Source of the DNA: Oligoflexia bacterium | Lineage (GTDB): Bacteria > Bdellovibrionota > UBA1018 | Assembly: GCA_963758495.1 (NCBI GenBank) | Contig: CAVWVI010000004.1 | Coordinates: 608,001 to 672,000 of the forward strand | Length of the DNA stretch: 64,000 nucleotides | Direction: 5' to 3' | In this document: positions 52,723 through 63,687 of the stretch, in pieces | Layout: each line of letters starts with the position of its first letter | How positions within the stretch are numbered: the first letter of the stretch is position 1 | Notes under the pieces: model-generated | The model's database searches: none | Told to the model about the DNA's origin: nothing | Seen by the model: only the letters and a program-made list of their open reading frames with translations | Translations under genes and position numbers: made by a program

Positions 52723-53814
52723 ATGAAATATATACTTGCGTTATTATTTAACTTCACTTTCATTTTTATCCCTGAGAGTTATTCAACTTCATCAGTTGAA
52801 ACCCTATGCCAAAGTCCTCTCGATGAATTTGGATTTTCACAAAGCCCTCAGATACCTATAAACGTTAAACAAACCATTTTTAAAAATATTTTACCCATCG
52901 AAGAAGAGAAAGGCGCGCTCCTTCGAAATGCACTCTGCCAATGGCGACAGAGTGATAACTCGCCAGATAGTAACAGCCCACAGCAAAAGCTTATTTTAGA
53001 TACGATCTTTGGCGTGGGCGTAGGCTATGAAGTCCTTAAACAAATTAAATTGAGTGAATCCGAAAAAGAATCTATTCGCCAGAAGCTGTCCGTCATTCTG
53101 GAGCAGTCCATTCATATTGTACAAAGTCAAATTCACCTCTCACAGCCCTTTAAGGCACCCAAAAAATTTATAGATTTTTGCGCATTCCTGAGTGGCAAAG
53201 AGAATTGCTCTCCAAACAGCCCTGAATTGGGTCATATTGAACGAACTCAGCTCGCTTTTAAATTTCTAGCTGAAAATGCAACAGCTCCAGAAGAAGATGA
53301 AACCCTTGATAACGCAATTTTGCGTAAAATTAATAAACTAGAATATTTAAGTAAGGTGACTCATTTTAAAGAATGGCGCCACGACAAGGGAAAAAACGAA
53401 ATCCATGGAGACCTTGAATCACTCATTGACCAACTGACTACTTATAGTGAATCCATTTCAAAAGATATCCAAGCAAATATGCCATACCACAACTGGGGAA
53501 AGGGAGCCCCAAATGACTCCATTATTAATGCTTGTTTACACTGGATAAAACATTATCAAGAATTTCCTGATATAGGCGATTGCTTTGAATACAATTCGAC
53601 CACATTTAGATTTATAAATAGCCCACCTTCTACAATCATTTCAATAGAATTACCGAAAGGGTTAATGCGACTTTATGACACAATATCAAATACTTTAGTC
53701 GTGAAAGATCCAAATAACGTTCCAATAACTATGTACAAACCTGACATATCAATACATCACTGCGCTTCAAACCTTGAGTTTGTCATGCTTAAATTCGGTA
53801 CTTCTTGTCGGTAA
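52723..53814 (+). CDS. Secreted protein with a C-terminal polymorphic-toxin-like (putative RNase) domain
   Basis: N-terminal signal peptide; C-terminal NA..HW.KH..EFP...Y...F...PP...YD..SNT..V...P.TMYKP. Confidence 0.55.
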   Translation: MKYILALLFNFTFIFIPESYSTSSVETLCQSPLDEFGFSQSPQIPINVKQTIFKNILPIEEEKGALLRNALCQWRQSDNSPDSNSPQQKLILDTIFGVGVGYEVLKQIKLSESEKESIRQKLSVILEQSIHIVQSQIHLSQPFKAPKKFIDFCAFLSGKENCSPNSPELGHIERTQLAFKFLAENATAPEEDETLDNAILRKINKLEYLSKVTHFKEWRHDKGKNEIHGDLESLIDQLTTYSESISKDIQANMPYHNWGKGAPNDSIINACLHWIKHYQEFPDIGDCFEYNSTTFRFINSPPSTIISIELPKGLMRLYDTISNTLVVKDPNNVPITMYKPDISIHHCASNLEFVMLKFGTSCR

Positions 53815-54268
53815 TTATCGCTGAAAACCATGGATTAATTACAATTTCTCAGAATGGTTGAGCTGTAAAGATGTACAAATCTCAGGTGACGGCTAGCCTG
53901 TCGAAATCCATTTAATAATCCATAACGTCTCCCTCTACCCACCCATTTTCAGTGGTAACGCTTTTGCGTACGAGGGAATTCTAACTAGATCATACAGAAA
54001 TCAACTACACCACCCTTCACTGTGCTAGGTCTCTGTAGGTTGTGTACAGAAATCGCCGACCCCAATATCAGGGAGCAAAAACGTCATATTAAGGTGGTGC
54101 CCGATTTCATCAAAATGACAACGAAATAAGCCGCATTACTACACTCATTTCGATAGCCTAGGTGCTGGCTAAACCATGTGTAATCACAGATAACTTTCCT
54201 TTAATATTTCTATCAAAAGTTGCTTTTTTCAAGACTTCTTGCGGATTTTACTCAATTAATCCTAAACC

Positions 54269-57190
54269 ATGATATCTCATCACCCCATGAGCCATGAGGC
54301 AGTAGAAGAGTTTACCATCGCACTATCGCCACAGGGGGCACTCTATCTTTTGCCTTCTAAGAGTTTTCCCATTTCTGAGCGGATTCAATCCGCTTTTGCA
54401 AATGATTCTGATGCAAATGATTTTGAAACCAACCAAAAGGAAACAAACCCAGCTACAGCCTCCGCTAGAGTACACGTATCTAGTGGAAAGGGTCTAAAGC
54501 ACCTTGGACTTTGGGAGCTGAACACGCCCCTTCCGCCTGATCTCGCTTATTGGCGTGAGTTCAGTCGGATTTATTTTTCACATCTCTGCGCACTCCCTGG
54601 GCTGGCAGAAGTGGGATCACAAAAGACCCTTCAATTACCGCCACCTCGAGAGGAGTTAGCCGAGTTTTCTCGGATCGCCCCCCCGATGATGGGTGGTGAA
54701 TATCTTAATGAAGATATTTTAGTTGAGCTTTGGGAGGCTCTCCACTCCGCCTTTCAAGAAGAGGTGCAAGGATCAGGAAGTGTTCAAGAGTATTTTACAA
54801 GCCATGGCATCGTCTGGAATCTGGTGGGTCGAGTTTGCTTTCATTTGGCTGAAAATAAAGGAAATGAAGAAACACCCTTTGCCTTTTTGGCGACCTATAG
54901 CCACAAACTCTCGACACAGGGCAAGGCGCAATACCTTCCTCTGGGCAAGGCACTCCAAGAATATGGATCTGAAAAAAATAAAGCACAGCTCCTTCAACTT
55001 CTTCTCCCGGTTCAAAAAGGGAGTGAAAAGAGTCCGTTTCTTAAATCTTTGGTGGAGTCGGGGGAAATATTTCATCCACTCGCATGGACACCTCAAGATG
55101 CTTTTCAATTCTTAAAAGATATTCCGGCCTTTGAATCATCAGGAATCAGGGTTCGAGTTCCTGATTGGTGGAAAGCGAAGAACCCACCCCGTCCTCAAGT
55201 TTCTGTGACAATAGGAGCGACAACAGAAGGAAAGAAGACGTCGCTCTTGGGCTTGGATTCCATGCTCCAGTTTTCAGTCCATCTCACCTTGGGAGAGGAG
55301 CGGCTGACGGCAAAAGAGATTGCACAAATTCTCTCCGCAACTTCGGGCCTTGCTTTGATTCGAGGAAAATGGGTAGAGATTGATCGAGAGAAGCTCACTG
55401 AAGTACTGGGGCATTGGAAGTCGGTTGAGCAAGCTACGTCCGATGGAGAAATTTCTTTTATTGAAGGCATGCGACTTCTCTCCGGCGCCACGGCTTTAGG
55501 GAATTCGGATTTGCTGCCAGATTCGTTGTTAAACTCATCATTAAATTCATCATTAAACTCATCATTAAACTCATCTGGGGAGTGGTCACGAGTTCAAGCC
55601 AGCGAGGGGCTCTTAAAAATTCTTGAGCAACTCAAGGCTCCAGATGGAACGCTCACCGAAGAAACGGATCCGGGTCACGAGCTTCAGGCAACACTTCGGC
55701 CTTACCAAAAAACAGGAGTGAAATGGCTTTGGTTTCTAGGTCGCCTTGGCTTGGGAGGATGCCTTGCAGATGATATGGGATTAGGAAAGACGATCCAAGT
55801 GATCTCCCTTTTTCTTCTTCTCAAAAGAGAGAAGCAAAAGAAAGGATCACCCCATCTTCTAGTCGTACCCGCCTCTCTTCTGGGAAACTGGAAGTCAGAG
55901 ATTGAGCGCTTTGCTCCAAGTTTAAAATTATGGATGGCGCACTCGGCTTCTGAATCGGCTATTGATTCAAAATGGAATCACAACGCCCCGCCTCCCACCG
56001 AGATGCTCGCTTCTGTAGACATTGTCATGACCACTTATGGATACTTGAGCCGCCTTTCGTGGCTGAGCGAAATCTCATGGAATCGCATTGTCATTGATGA
56101 AGCCCAAGCCATCAAAAATGCCGGCTCTAAACAGACACGAGCCGTAAAAGCCCTCAAGGGGCGCCATCGAATTGCACTGACAGGAACGCCGGTTGAAAAT
56201 CATCTCTCAGATCTTTGGTCGCTTTATGATTTTTTGTGTCCTGGACTTTTAGGTTCAGCTAAAGCTTTTACAAACTTTGTTAAAAGTGAGATCAAAGGTG
56301 CAGCCAACGGTAAAGAAAAAGCTGAATCTCCTCTGAGATATGCAGCTCTCCGAAATCTCATACAACCGTATCTCCTGCGACGGCTGAAGACTGATAAAAG
56401 GATTATTGCTGACCTGCCCGATAAGACAGAGATGAATGCCTACTGCTCTTTGACTAAAACTCAAGCAGTCCTCTATCAACAAGCAGTCGAGGAACTGACT
56501 CACAAAGTTGAGCATCTGGACGGAATTCAACGCCGCGGAGTGGTGCTTTCCTACCTGATGCGCTTTAAGCAAATCTGTAATCATCCGTCGCAGTGGCTTT
56601 CTGATGGTCGCTATCAGGCATCTGACAGTGGAAAATTCGGGCGTCTTCGAGAGATTTGCGAAGAAATTGCAACGAAACAGGAAAAAGTTTTGGTTTTCAC
56701 TCAGTTTCGAGAAATGACAGGACCTCTCTCTGAGTTTTTAAAAGGGATCTTTAGAAAACCAGGATTGGTCCTTCATGGTGAGACGCCAATCAAAAAACGA
56801 AAAGAGCGCGTGGATGCATTTCAAAACGATCTGGACATGCCCTATTTTGTGCTCTCGCTCAAAGCGGGTGGCACAGGCTTGAACCTGACATCGGCCAGCC
56901 ACGTGATCCATTTTGATCGTTGGTGGAATCCAGCCGTGGAAAACCAGGCTACCGACCGCGCGTACCGTATTGGACAAAAGAAGAATGTTCTCGTTCACAA
57001 GTTGATCTGTCGAGGCACGATTGAAGAGAAAATTGACCTATTGATTTCTTCGAAGCAAAGTATGTCAAAAGAAATCCTTGAAGGAAGTGGCGAAGCCATT
57101 CTCACAGAATTAAGTAATTCTGAACTCATCAAGCTGGTTTCGCTGGATATTCGAAATGCTACAGAGGAGGGAGATTATGGCACGATCTGA
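54269..57190 (+). CDS. SNF2-family (DEAD/DEAH-like) helicase/ATPase
   Basis: LADDMGLGKT, DEAQ, LTGTPVEN, SLKAGGTGLNL, RWWNPAVENQATDRAYRIGQ. Confidence 0.95.
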   Translation: MISHHPMSHEAVEEFTIALSPQGALYLLPSKSFPISERIQSAFANDSDANDFETNQKETNPATASARVHVSSGKGLKHLGLWELNTPLPPDLAYWREFSRIYFSHLCALPGLAEVGSQKTLQLPPPREELAEFSRIAPPMMGGEYLNEDILVELWEALHSAFQEEVQGSGSVQEYFTSHGIVWNLVGRVCFHLAENKGNEETPFAFLATYSHKLSTQGKAQYLPLGKALQEYGSEKNKAQLLQLLLPVQKGSEKSPFLKSLVESGEIFHPLAWTPQDAFQFLKDIPAFESSGIRVRVPDWWKAKNPPRPQVSVTIGATTEGKKTSLLGLDSMLQFSVHLTLGEERLTAKEIAQILSATSGLALIRGKWVEIDREKLTEVLGHWKSVEQATSDGEISFIEGMRLLSGATALGNSDLLPDSLLNSSLNSSLNSSLNSSGEWSRVQASEGLLKILEQLKAPDGTLTEETDPGHELQATLRPYQKTGVKWLWFLGRLGLGGCLADDMGLGKTIQVISLFLLLKREKQKKGSPHLLVVPASLLGNWKSEIERFAPSLKLWMAHSASESAIDSKWNHNAPPPTEMLASVDIVMTTYGYLSRLSWLSEISWNRIVIDEAQAIKNAGSKQTRAVKALKGRHRIALTGTPVENHLSDLWSLYDFLCPGLLGSAKAFTNFVKSEIKGAANGKEKAESPLRYAALRNLIQPYLLRRLKTDKRIIADLPDKTEMNAYCSLTKTQAVLYQQAVEELTHKVEHLDGIQRRGVVLSYLMRFKQICNHPSQWLSDGRYQASDSGKFGRLREICEEIATKQEKVLVFTQFREMTGPLSEFLKGIFRKPGLVLHGETPIKKRKERVDAFQNDLDMPYFVLSLKAGGTGLNLTSASHVIHFDRWWNPAVENQATDRAYRIGQKKNVLVHKLICRGTIEEKIDLLISSKQSMSKEILEGSGEAILTELSNSELIKLVSLDIRNATEEGDYGTI
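55529..55576 (+). repeat. 12-bp in-frame tandem repeat x4 (TTAAAYTCATCA) encoding LNSS
   Basis: Seen directly, in the linker before the SNF2 ATPase core. Confidence 0.9.
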
Positions 57191-57995
57191 TCGATTTTAC
57201 GGCGGCTGGCCACGTTATATACCCGTGGCGGAGAGACGAAAGAACGCTGCAAAAAAAGCTACCGCTCTTCAGAAGAAAGGGCAGACCCTTCGTCCCATAC
57301 AGATTGAAGGTAGAGAAATAGCTCGAACATTTTGGGGGAAATCGTGGTGCAAAAATCTTGAAAACTACAGCGATTTTTCCAACCGACTTCCTCGGGGTCG
57401 AACCTATGTCAGAAATGGCTCCGTAATTGATCTTCAAATCAATAAAGGTGAAATCACCGCCATGGTGAGCGGCTCCTCCCTCTATACGGTCAACGTCTCG
57501 ATTCGTCCACTCGAACCGCTTAAGTGGAGGGCGTTGCTAAAACAATGCTCAGGACAAATCAACTCGCTGGTGGAGCTGCTTCAAGGTCGATTTTCGCGTG
57601 GAGTGATGGAGGTGATGACTTGTAAAGAGCAAGGTCTATTTCCGTCTCCGAAGCAAATTTCAATGAACTGTTCCTGCCCTGATAGTGCAGTCATGTGTAA
57701 ACATGTGGCTGCTGTGATTTATGGGGTCGGGACACGCTTGGATGAAAAACCAGAACTCTTCTTTGAACTCAGAAATGTGGATCATGCAGAATTGATTACA
57801 GCGGCTGTTACTCAAAACGCCGTCAATCAGACCACCCAATCCAAAAAAGTTCTTAAATCAGCTCATCTCTCTCAGTTGTTTGGCATTGAGTTGGACGAAG
57901 AAGCTTCATTAGGTGAGGAAAGCAAAAGTAAGCGCTCAGAACATACGAAGCGGACCACGGCTAAAAGACCTACACCTAAAACAAGAAAAAAATAG
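57177..57995 (+). CDS. SWIM zinc-finger protein
   Basis: CSCPD...CKHVAAV, NRLPRGRTYVRNGSV; start overlaps the SNF2 end. Confidence 0.92.
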   Translation: MARSDRFYGGWPRYIPVAERRKNAAKKATALQKKGQTLRPIQIEGREIARTFWGKSWCKNLENYSDFSNRLPRGRTYVRNGSVIDLQINKGEITAMVSGSSLYTVNVSIRPLEPLKWRALLKQCSGQINSLVELLQGRFSRGVMEVMTCKEQGLFPSPKQISMNCSCPDSAVMCKHVAAVIYGVGTRLDEKPELFFELRNVDHAELITAAVTQNAVNQTTQSKKVLKSAHLSQLFGIELDEEASLGEESKSKRSEHTKRTTAKRPTPKTRKK

Positions 57996-58033
57996 GCGGT
58001 TATCCTAAAGAAACTACTTACGATAATATCCCT

Positions 58034-59128
58034 TTAAACCAGATCTGGCCTCATCTTTTTAACCCCTTCCACAACTCTACGAATTTCCTGAGCGCGGTCT
58101 TTCCGTGCGACTAATAAAGTCTCCCCTTGCTGAACAATAATTAAATCCTCTACGCCTAAAAGCGCCACAAATCGACCTGGAGCATCGATAATATTTCGTT
58201 GAGAATCTACGGCTAAAAGCTCACCTTCCGTTAAAATATTATCACCCTGACGAATTTTAAGTACTTCCGCCATGTCATCTAACGAAGTCCAACTTCCAAG
58301 ATCATCCCAGCCGCAATCCAAGGGAAAGGTCACTACATTTTTGGCCCTTTCCATAATGCCGTAATCAATAGAAGTTGCAGTCATGTGAGGATAGGCCTCT
58401 CCCACCTTGCCTTGCACTCGATCCCAGGCCTGCTTCATTTCAGGCATGAACTCGTCAAAAGCTTTCAAAATAACCTCTACCCTCCAGATAAACATTCCGC
58501 CATTCCATAGGTAATTCCCGGATTGAAGAAATTCATTGGCTTTGCTCAAATTGGGTTTCTCAACGAAGGCTTCAACGCGCTTGACCCCAGCGAATTCTTT
58601 AGCGAAAGAATTTTTAAACTCAGCCGTCTTGAGATATCCATATCCGGTCTCAGGTCGAGAAGGTTGAATTCCCAAAGTAACCAGATCATCTTTTTCTACT
58701 GCCCACTTCACAGCCGATTTCACGACAGAAATAAATTTCTCGGAGGAAGCAATATGATGATCCGAAGGCATGATCAGCATCACGCCCCTCGGGTCTTTCT
58801 CAGCAATATGTCGTGCCGCCCAGTAGATGCACGCTGCCGTATTCCTTCCTTGCGGCTCAGCCAGAATCTCAACATGAGAGGCATCTTCTCTCACTGCTTG
58901 TTCCAAAGCTTCAGTGGTAACGATGATTCTCTGATCGTCACGGACAAAATGATCAAAGCGCGAGAGGGTCTGTACTAAAAGCGACTTCTTTGAACCAAAA
59001 GTGAGTAACTGCTTAGGTCGTTTAGAAGTACTTTTAGGCCAAAAACGAGTTCCACTGCCTCCTGCAATCACGACGAGAAATAAATTGGCGGGAAATAAAT
59101 TGGCGGGAAATAAATTGGATTGATCCAT
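58034..59128 (-). CDS. manC: Mannose-1-phosphate guanylyltransferase
   Basis: AGGSGTRFWP, PKQ, EP.GRNTA, PSDH, PETGYGY, FVEKP, SIDYGIME, WDDLGSW. Confidence 0.92.
   Translation of the reverse strand: MDQSNLFPANLFPANLFLVVIAGGSGTRFWPKSTSKRPKQLLTFGSKKSLLVQTLSRFDHFVRDDQRIIVTTEALEQAVREDASHVEILAEPQGRNTAACIYWAARHIAEKDPRGVMLIMPSDHHIASSEKFISVVKSAVKWAVEKDDLVTLGIQPSRPETGYGYLKTAEFKNSFAKEFAGVKRVEAFVEKPNLSKANEFLQSGNYLWNGGMFIWRVEVILKAFDEFMPEMKQAWDRVQGKVGEAYPHMTATSIDYGIMERAKNVVTFPLDCGWDDLGSWTSLDDMAEVLKIRQGDNILTEGELLAVDSQRNIIDAPGRFVALLGVEDLIIVQQGETLLVARKDRAQEIRRVVEGVKKMRPDLV
59077..59118 (+). repeat. 15-bp in-frame tandem repeat (about 2.8 copies) encoding NLFPA at the ManC N-terminus
   Basis: GAAATAAATTGGCGG x2 plus 12 bp. 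Confidence 0.9.
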
Positions 59129-59236
59129 ACTCTCTTTCTTTCTTTCTTTGATAAAATTTGATTCACTTTAACACAAAATAAAATGGGATATATCCAAGAT
59201 TGACTCCTGCCAAGCCATGGAGAGATAGTTCCATCT

Positions 59237-60991
59237 ATGTATAAGCTTCACCAAAAGTTAGGCCAAAAACTATATAAGAAATTAAATATCCAAGTTCTAG
59301 CACTCGGCTCCATTCCTATCCTCTTGGGCTTTTGGGTGTGGCTATCCAGCTTAGCTTTCGTACCGGTTCCCTGGCCCGATGACTCTGCGTTTTACTTTGT
59401 GGCAAGAGAACTCTTTCAATGGCCGCCACGATGGGTCATGCTGCCGCAAGCTCCTTTCGAGCCCACGTATCGTATTTTCAATTTTAACACGATGCCTCTT
59501 TATCCCATTCTCATTGGACTGGGGAGGATCATAGGAATAGACGGGAGTTTTCTCCTCAAGATTTGGCCGCTCAGTGCTTGGGCTCTGAGTGGTAGTTTAT
59601 GGGTCACCGTGCTTTATCGTAAAGGACTCCCTTTCATCTTTTGTGCACTGCTGGCACTTGCGTTTGGATTAGACCCTGAACTTCGCTGGGCTTCTGTTCT
59701 AGTTCGCCCGGAGTCGCTCATTGGTCTATTCGGAATGGCTCTGATCCTGGGACTGACTTTTGGTTTTCCAAAACGTTTTGAACCCAGAAAACTTTGGGAT
59801 CCTGTAGCAGCACTCCTTGCGTTAGGAGCTTATTGTCACTTTAATGCAATTCACCTACTCCCAGCAGTTCTGATCACTTTCATCTGGAATCCAAAACGCT
59901 TGATGCAAATCGGTGCAAAAACGGTTCTTTATCTTTCGCCTTGGCTTCTGTTTGTTGTTTATCATTGGCAACTCTTTCTCACTCAAATGGAAACTCAATG
60001 GTCTCGCCTGGCGGTCCCCAACAGTTGGCTCAACACACCTACCGATGCCATCAATAGTATCTTTCAGGCCATGGGAAGTCCCACTCCTTGGGAGCCTACC
60101 ATTCGTTGGGCAGCGGCTGCGATTTGGATTATTTTTCTTGCCACAGCTATTTTTTTCGTAATCCTTCCAGTGATCCTGAGTGGCCTAAGTAGCCTAAGTA
60201 GCCTAAGCAGATTGAACAGCATTAAGAAACAAGCTGAAAAAAATACTCCACTTTTTAACTTCAGAATTCTTCCCGCCTTCACTTGGGTGTTAGGTGCTAT
60301 TTGGCTTTTTCAAACGAAGCCCGAAGTGTGGTTTGTTTACTTCTTTCATGCTGCAATGTGGTGTCTGGTAGGAATTCTCTTTCTTAATATTTGGCTGAGC
60401 CTTCAATCTCACCTTTTGACTCCAGGGGGAGAGACTCCCCCCAAATGGAAAAAAGCTGCGTTGATCTCCTTAAACTCCCTGGTGACAGTAATTACAGGAA
60501 TCTTTTTTTACGTCGATGTCAGTCAAGCGATCGAATTGGGAAATCAGGAAAGTTGGCACTGGGATACTTACCACGACTTTGTGAGCTGCGTGGATGATCG
60601 CCTCAGTCAGCTTGAAGCTCATTTAGGTCCCGACAAACCCTTCCATGTTTGGTGTCCTACTTTTCCAGATATCACCATCGAACTATCACGCAAACATCCT
60701 CATTGGGAACTCACTCGAACGAATGATTTTTGGAGTCGGAATCATCTTGCCATTCAACACGCTTGGAATACAGAGGCTGTAGTGATTACTGAAACCCTCG
60801 GTCATGAAGACCGAACGGTTTCCGATAAAGCGGAAAATGTGCCAGAAATTCAGTCGATCTGGATGCACTGGAAAGAATACTACCTAAACCAACTTTGGAT
60901 CTCTCCCGGCTGGAAACCCAACCGATATATTTGCCAGCGTGGCAAATGGCAGGCTTTTATTTTTATGAAAGATGAGCCGCTAGGAAAGTAA
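59237..60991 (+). CDS. Multi-pass membrane protein, ArnT/GT-C-like glycosyltransferase
   Basis: PWPDD..F acidic first loop, PLYP, VRPE motifs, about 11 TM segments and a periplasmic tail. Confidence 0.6.
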   Translation: MYKLHQKLGQKLYKKLNIQVLALGSIPILLGFWVWLSSLAFVPVPWPDDSAFYFVARELFQWPPRWVMLPQAPFEPTYRIFNFNTMPLYPILIGLGRIIGIDGSFLLKIWPLSAWALSGSLWVTVLYRKGLPFIFCALLALAFGLDPELRWASVLVRPESLIGLFGMALILGLTFGFPKRFEPRKLWDPVAALLALGAYCHFNAIHLLPAVLITFIWNPKRLMQIGAKTVLYLSPWLLFVVYHWQLFLTQMETQWSRLAVPNSWLNTPTDAINSIFQAMGSPTPWEPTIRWAAAAIWIIFLATAIFFVILPVILSGLSSLSSLSRLNSIKKQAEKNTPLFNFRILPAFTWVLGAIWLFQTKPEVWFVYFFHAAMWCLVGILFLNIWLSLQSHLLTPGGETPPKWKKAALISLNSLVTVITGIFFYVDVSQAIELGNQESWHWDTYHDFVSCVDDRLSQLEAHLGPDKPFHVWCPTFPDITIELSRKHPHWELTRTNDFWSRNHLAIQHAWNTEAVVITETLGHEDRTVSDKAENVPEIQSIWMHWKEYYLNQLWISPGWKPNRYICQRGKWQAFIFMKDEPLGK

Positions 60992-61119
60992 TTCCGCATA
61001 TTGGTACCGTAATATTCGGTCTAAATCCTATAGAAATCGTCTACACTAAGCCTTGGTATGCGAAGTCTCTATAGCTTATAGAAAGAAAGAAACTAACTAC
61101 ACCAGTTAGTCCTATTTCT

Positions 61120-63681
61120 TCACTCTTTCCAAGGCACAGATTTGCCCACAACCCCTTTTAAGAAGGTTAAATGGCGATAACGCTCAGCCTCATACCCCGT
61201 AGTCAGGAATACGTTATTAAACCCTAGATCAAAAATTTTCCGTGCCACTCCTTCACCGGAGATCCCCTCTCCCAAGCTCACATCCACATAAACTGGGACA
61301 CTCAGATCAAATTGATCTGAATTCTTAAAAAACCCATCCGCATTGGAATATCCCAGCATCGATCGATTGGAAGATTCTGCAGCTAATCTCCAAGAAAGTT
61401 GAACCAAAGGGTCATCATCAATCAAAATAAAATCTGGTTTTAGAGGGGGGTCTACAACAGAGAGGGGGACAAATGCTGCCATACTCTTCGGCACAATTCC
61501 GACACCCAGTTTCTCACAGGTTTCGAGAATTTGCTTTTCTTCAAAACGGCTAGTGACCAAAACACTTTGTGAAGCAATGCCTAACTCTTCAATCAGATCT
61601 AGCCCCGTCTCTTTGAGGCCCAATAATTCATAATCCACCAAGTACAATACAGATTTTTTCTCGTGAGCATTCTGAATCACCCAGCTCTTCAGTTCTCCTG
61701 GTATTGAGAAGTGCTTAATCTCAATATTCTGAGTGGTCATTGAAAGATTTTCAAATCGTCCGTCCCAGATCTGGTGAATTGAAACATCATCGTCTAAAAT
61801 AATCACAGAAGTTTGAGGGCTGATTCTCAACTCCGGGACAAACCAAACAGGAGGAGGAGCATTCGGCAAGGTAAGAATCACGACTGTGCCCTTTCCTACT
61901 TGAGATTCTAATTGTAAATCACCACCCCAATTTTGAAGCGATTTTTTAGCATGGTAGAGACCCAGCCCTAATCCTCCCTCTTTGCCATGGGTTTCTCCCC
62001 TCTGACCGAGTTTACTTAAAATTTCTGGTGCTATCCCTTTTCCGGTATCGGTGCAAAGAATTTCAATTTTGCCATCCTTCTTTGCCAACTCTAACGTCAC
62101 GTTACCGCCTTCTTCCAAAGCTTCCACCGCATTATTGATCAGATTTGAAATGGCCCTTCTGAACTCAATCGGTTGAAAATCAGCAAACAGACCATAAGAG
62201 GAAGTGCAAAGCTTGAGTTGGATTTCTATCCCCATTTTGGATCGAAACTGATACCGCTTTTCGGAGATCAAGGAATCAATCATGCTCGAAAGAAGTACAA
62301 CCTCGGCTTTCTCGATGGGTTCAGGTCTAACAAGATTTTGCGCCATTGCGTTTACATGACTCTTACTAGGAGGACTTTCGAGTAGTTTATTTGCGATATC
62401 TCGAATCCGACTTACGGAACTTCTCACTAAAAGTCGTATATCCTCTGGAAGAGTAGAAAGCTCCGGCAGAGCCATATCGAGTGCCGCTAAGGGTGAGCGA
62501 ATATCATGCGCTATCTGGGCGTGATTCTTTTTGATGGCTTCGGCAGTTCGAGCTTTTTGCTCATTCAGTATCACCTGATTCATGACGTGGATCTGCTTTC
62601 TGAAAAGGGTATTATACGAGTGCTGTAGCTCTGTATAATAGGTCTCTCCCTTACTCTGAGTTCGATCTCCCAAAACCGTCTTATTCAAAATATCAATAAT
62701 GGCTCCGCCGTAATCCGCAAGTCTCTGATTGATATAGGCGCTGAATATCCCGGAAATTAATATTCCAGTGGAACACATCGCACCAATATAGATGAAGCGA
62801 TCGACAGAACCTCCCACAAACACCTGTGAAACGCTAATTGCAAGGAAGGTCGTAAAAATTAAAACCACCTTGATTTCTACTTGAACACTTCTCATTCTAA
62901 TGGGGTAGATTCTTTTAAATGATTTCTCAATCACCATGAAAACTGCAAACAAAACCAGTCCGAATCCATAAATGAACTCATAATAATCAAAATCTAATGT
63001 AAGCCCATGAGCCTGGCGTACAACAATTTCCGCTCCTATTAAAAACATAGTCAAAAGCCCCGCCGACATGAAAGTCCAATAGGGTTGTTGACTAAAGATA
63101 AAAATAAAAAGAAGAATTAAAGAAGTGACTCCATTAAAAAAAATATAACTCACTTGCGACACCGTAAGGAAACTACAAAGCTGATTCAAGTGAATAATCC
63201 CGACTGACTGGGTAAATAAAAAAGTCCCAACGCCACCCACAAAAATTATAAATAAAATAAATTTCACTCGCTGAATACGACTCAAGCTCCTGATGCGAGC
63301 GACACAGCCAAAAAGCGCTATCCAACAAATAAATGCGACAGAGAAGGCAAAATTAATTGACCCTACAATAATAGGATCAGAGTTGCTAAACAGCTTTGCG
63401 TAATGACTTGCATGCCACAGAATGTCTCCAATAAAACAAAAGCTAATAAAAGCCAAAAAAAGAGCGATCTTGACACGTTGAGGCTTCTGAAATCGAGTCA
63501 CAGGCAAGCGTTTCATTAAGGACCCTAGGCATAGGATATATGAAAAAAGCTCAATCGAGCTCAGTAAAATACCCCCGTGCCAATAGGTTGCATGTCTCTG
63601 AATAAAATAGAGAATGAAAAACACAAGCAAGATAGCCGAAATAATCGCTATAGTATATTTTATATCTAGGTTTTGTTTCAT
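61120..63681 (-). CDS. Hybrid sensor histidine kinase with a multi-TM input domain and two receiver-like domains
   Basis: AHDIRSPL H-box, NLINNAVEA, DTGKGI, GLGLGLY; IILDDD and ILIDDD receiver starts. Confidence 0.9.
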   Translation of the reverse strand: MKQNLDIKYTIAIISAILLVFFILYFIQRHATYWHGGILLSSIELFSYILCLGSLMKRLPVTRFQKPQRVKIALFLAFISFCFIGDILWHASHYAKLFSNSDPIIVGSINFAFSVAFICWIALFGCVARIRSLSRIQRVKFILFIIFVGGVGTFLFTQSVGIIHLNQLCSFLTVSQVSYIFFNGVTSLILLFIFIFSQQPYWTFMSAGLLTMFLIGAEIVVRQAHGLTLDFDYYEFIYGFGLVLFAVFMVIEKSFKRIYPIRMRSVQVEIKVVLIFTTFLAISVSQVFVGGSVDRFIYIGAMCSTGILISGIFSAYINQRLADYGGAIIDILNKTVLGDRTQSKGETYYTELQHSYNTLFRKQIHVMNQVILNEQKARTAEAIKKNHAQIAHDIRSPLAALDMALPELSTLPEDIRLLVRSSVSRIRDIANKLLESPPSKSHVNAMAQNLVRPEPIEKAEVVLLSSMIDSLISEKRYQFRSKMGIEIQLKLCTSSYGLFADFQPIEFRRAISNLINNAVEALEEGGNVTLELAKKDGKIEILCTDTGKGIAPEILSKLGQRGETHGKEGGLGLGLYHAKKSLQNWGGDLQLESQVGKGTVVILTLPNAPPPVWFVPELRISPQTSVIILDDDVSIHQIWDGRFENLSMTTQNIEIKHFSIPGELKSWVIQNAHEKKSVLYLVDYELLGLKETGLDLIEELGIASQSVLVTSRFEEKQILETCEKLGVGIVPKSMAAFVPLSVVDPPLKPDFILIDDDPLVQLSWRLAAESSNRSMLGYSNADGFFKNSDQFDLSVPVYVDVSLGEGISGEGVARKIFDLGFNNVFLTTGYEAERYRHLTFLKGVVGKSVPWKE

Positions 63682-63687
63682 ACTATC

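Noticed and set aside
54028..54049. GGTCTCTGTAGGTTGTGTACAG as a possible IS terminal repeat
   Set aside because: Only a vague resemblance to IS256-type ends; no partner repeat or transposase found
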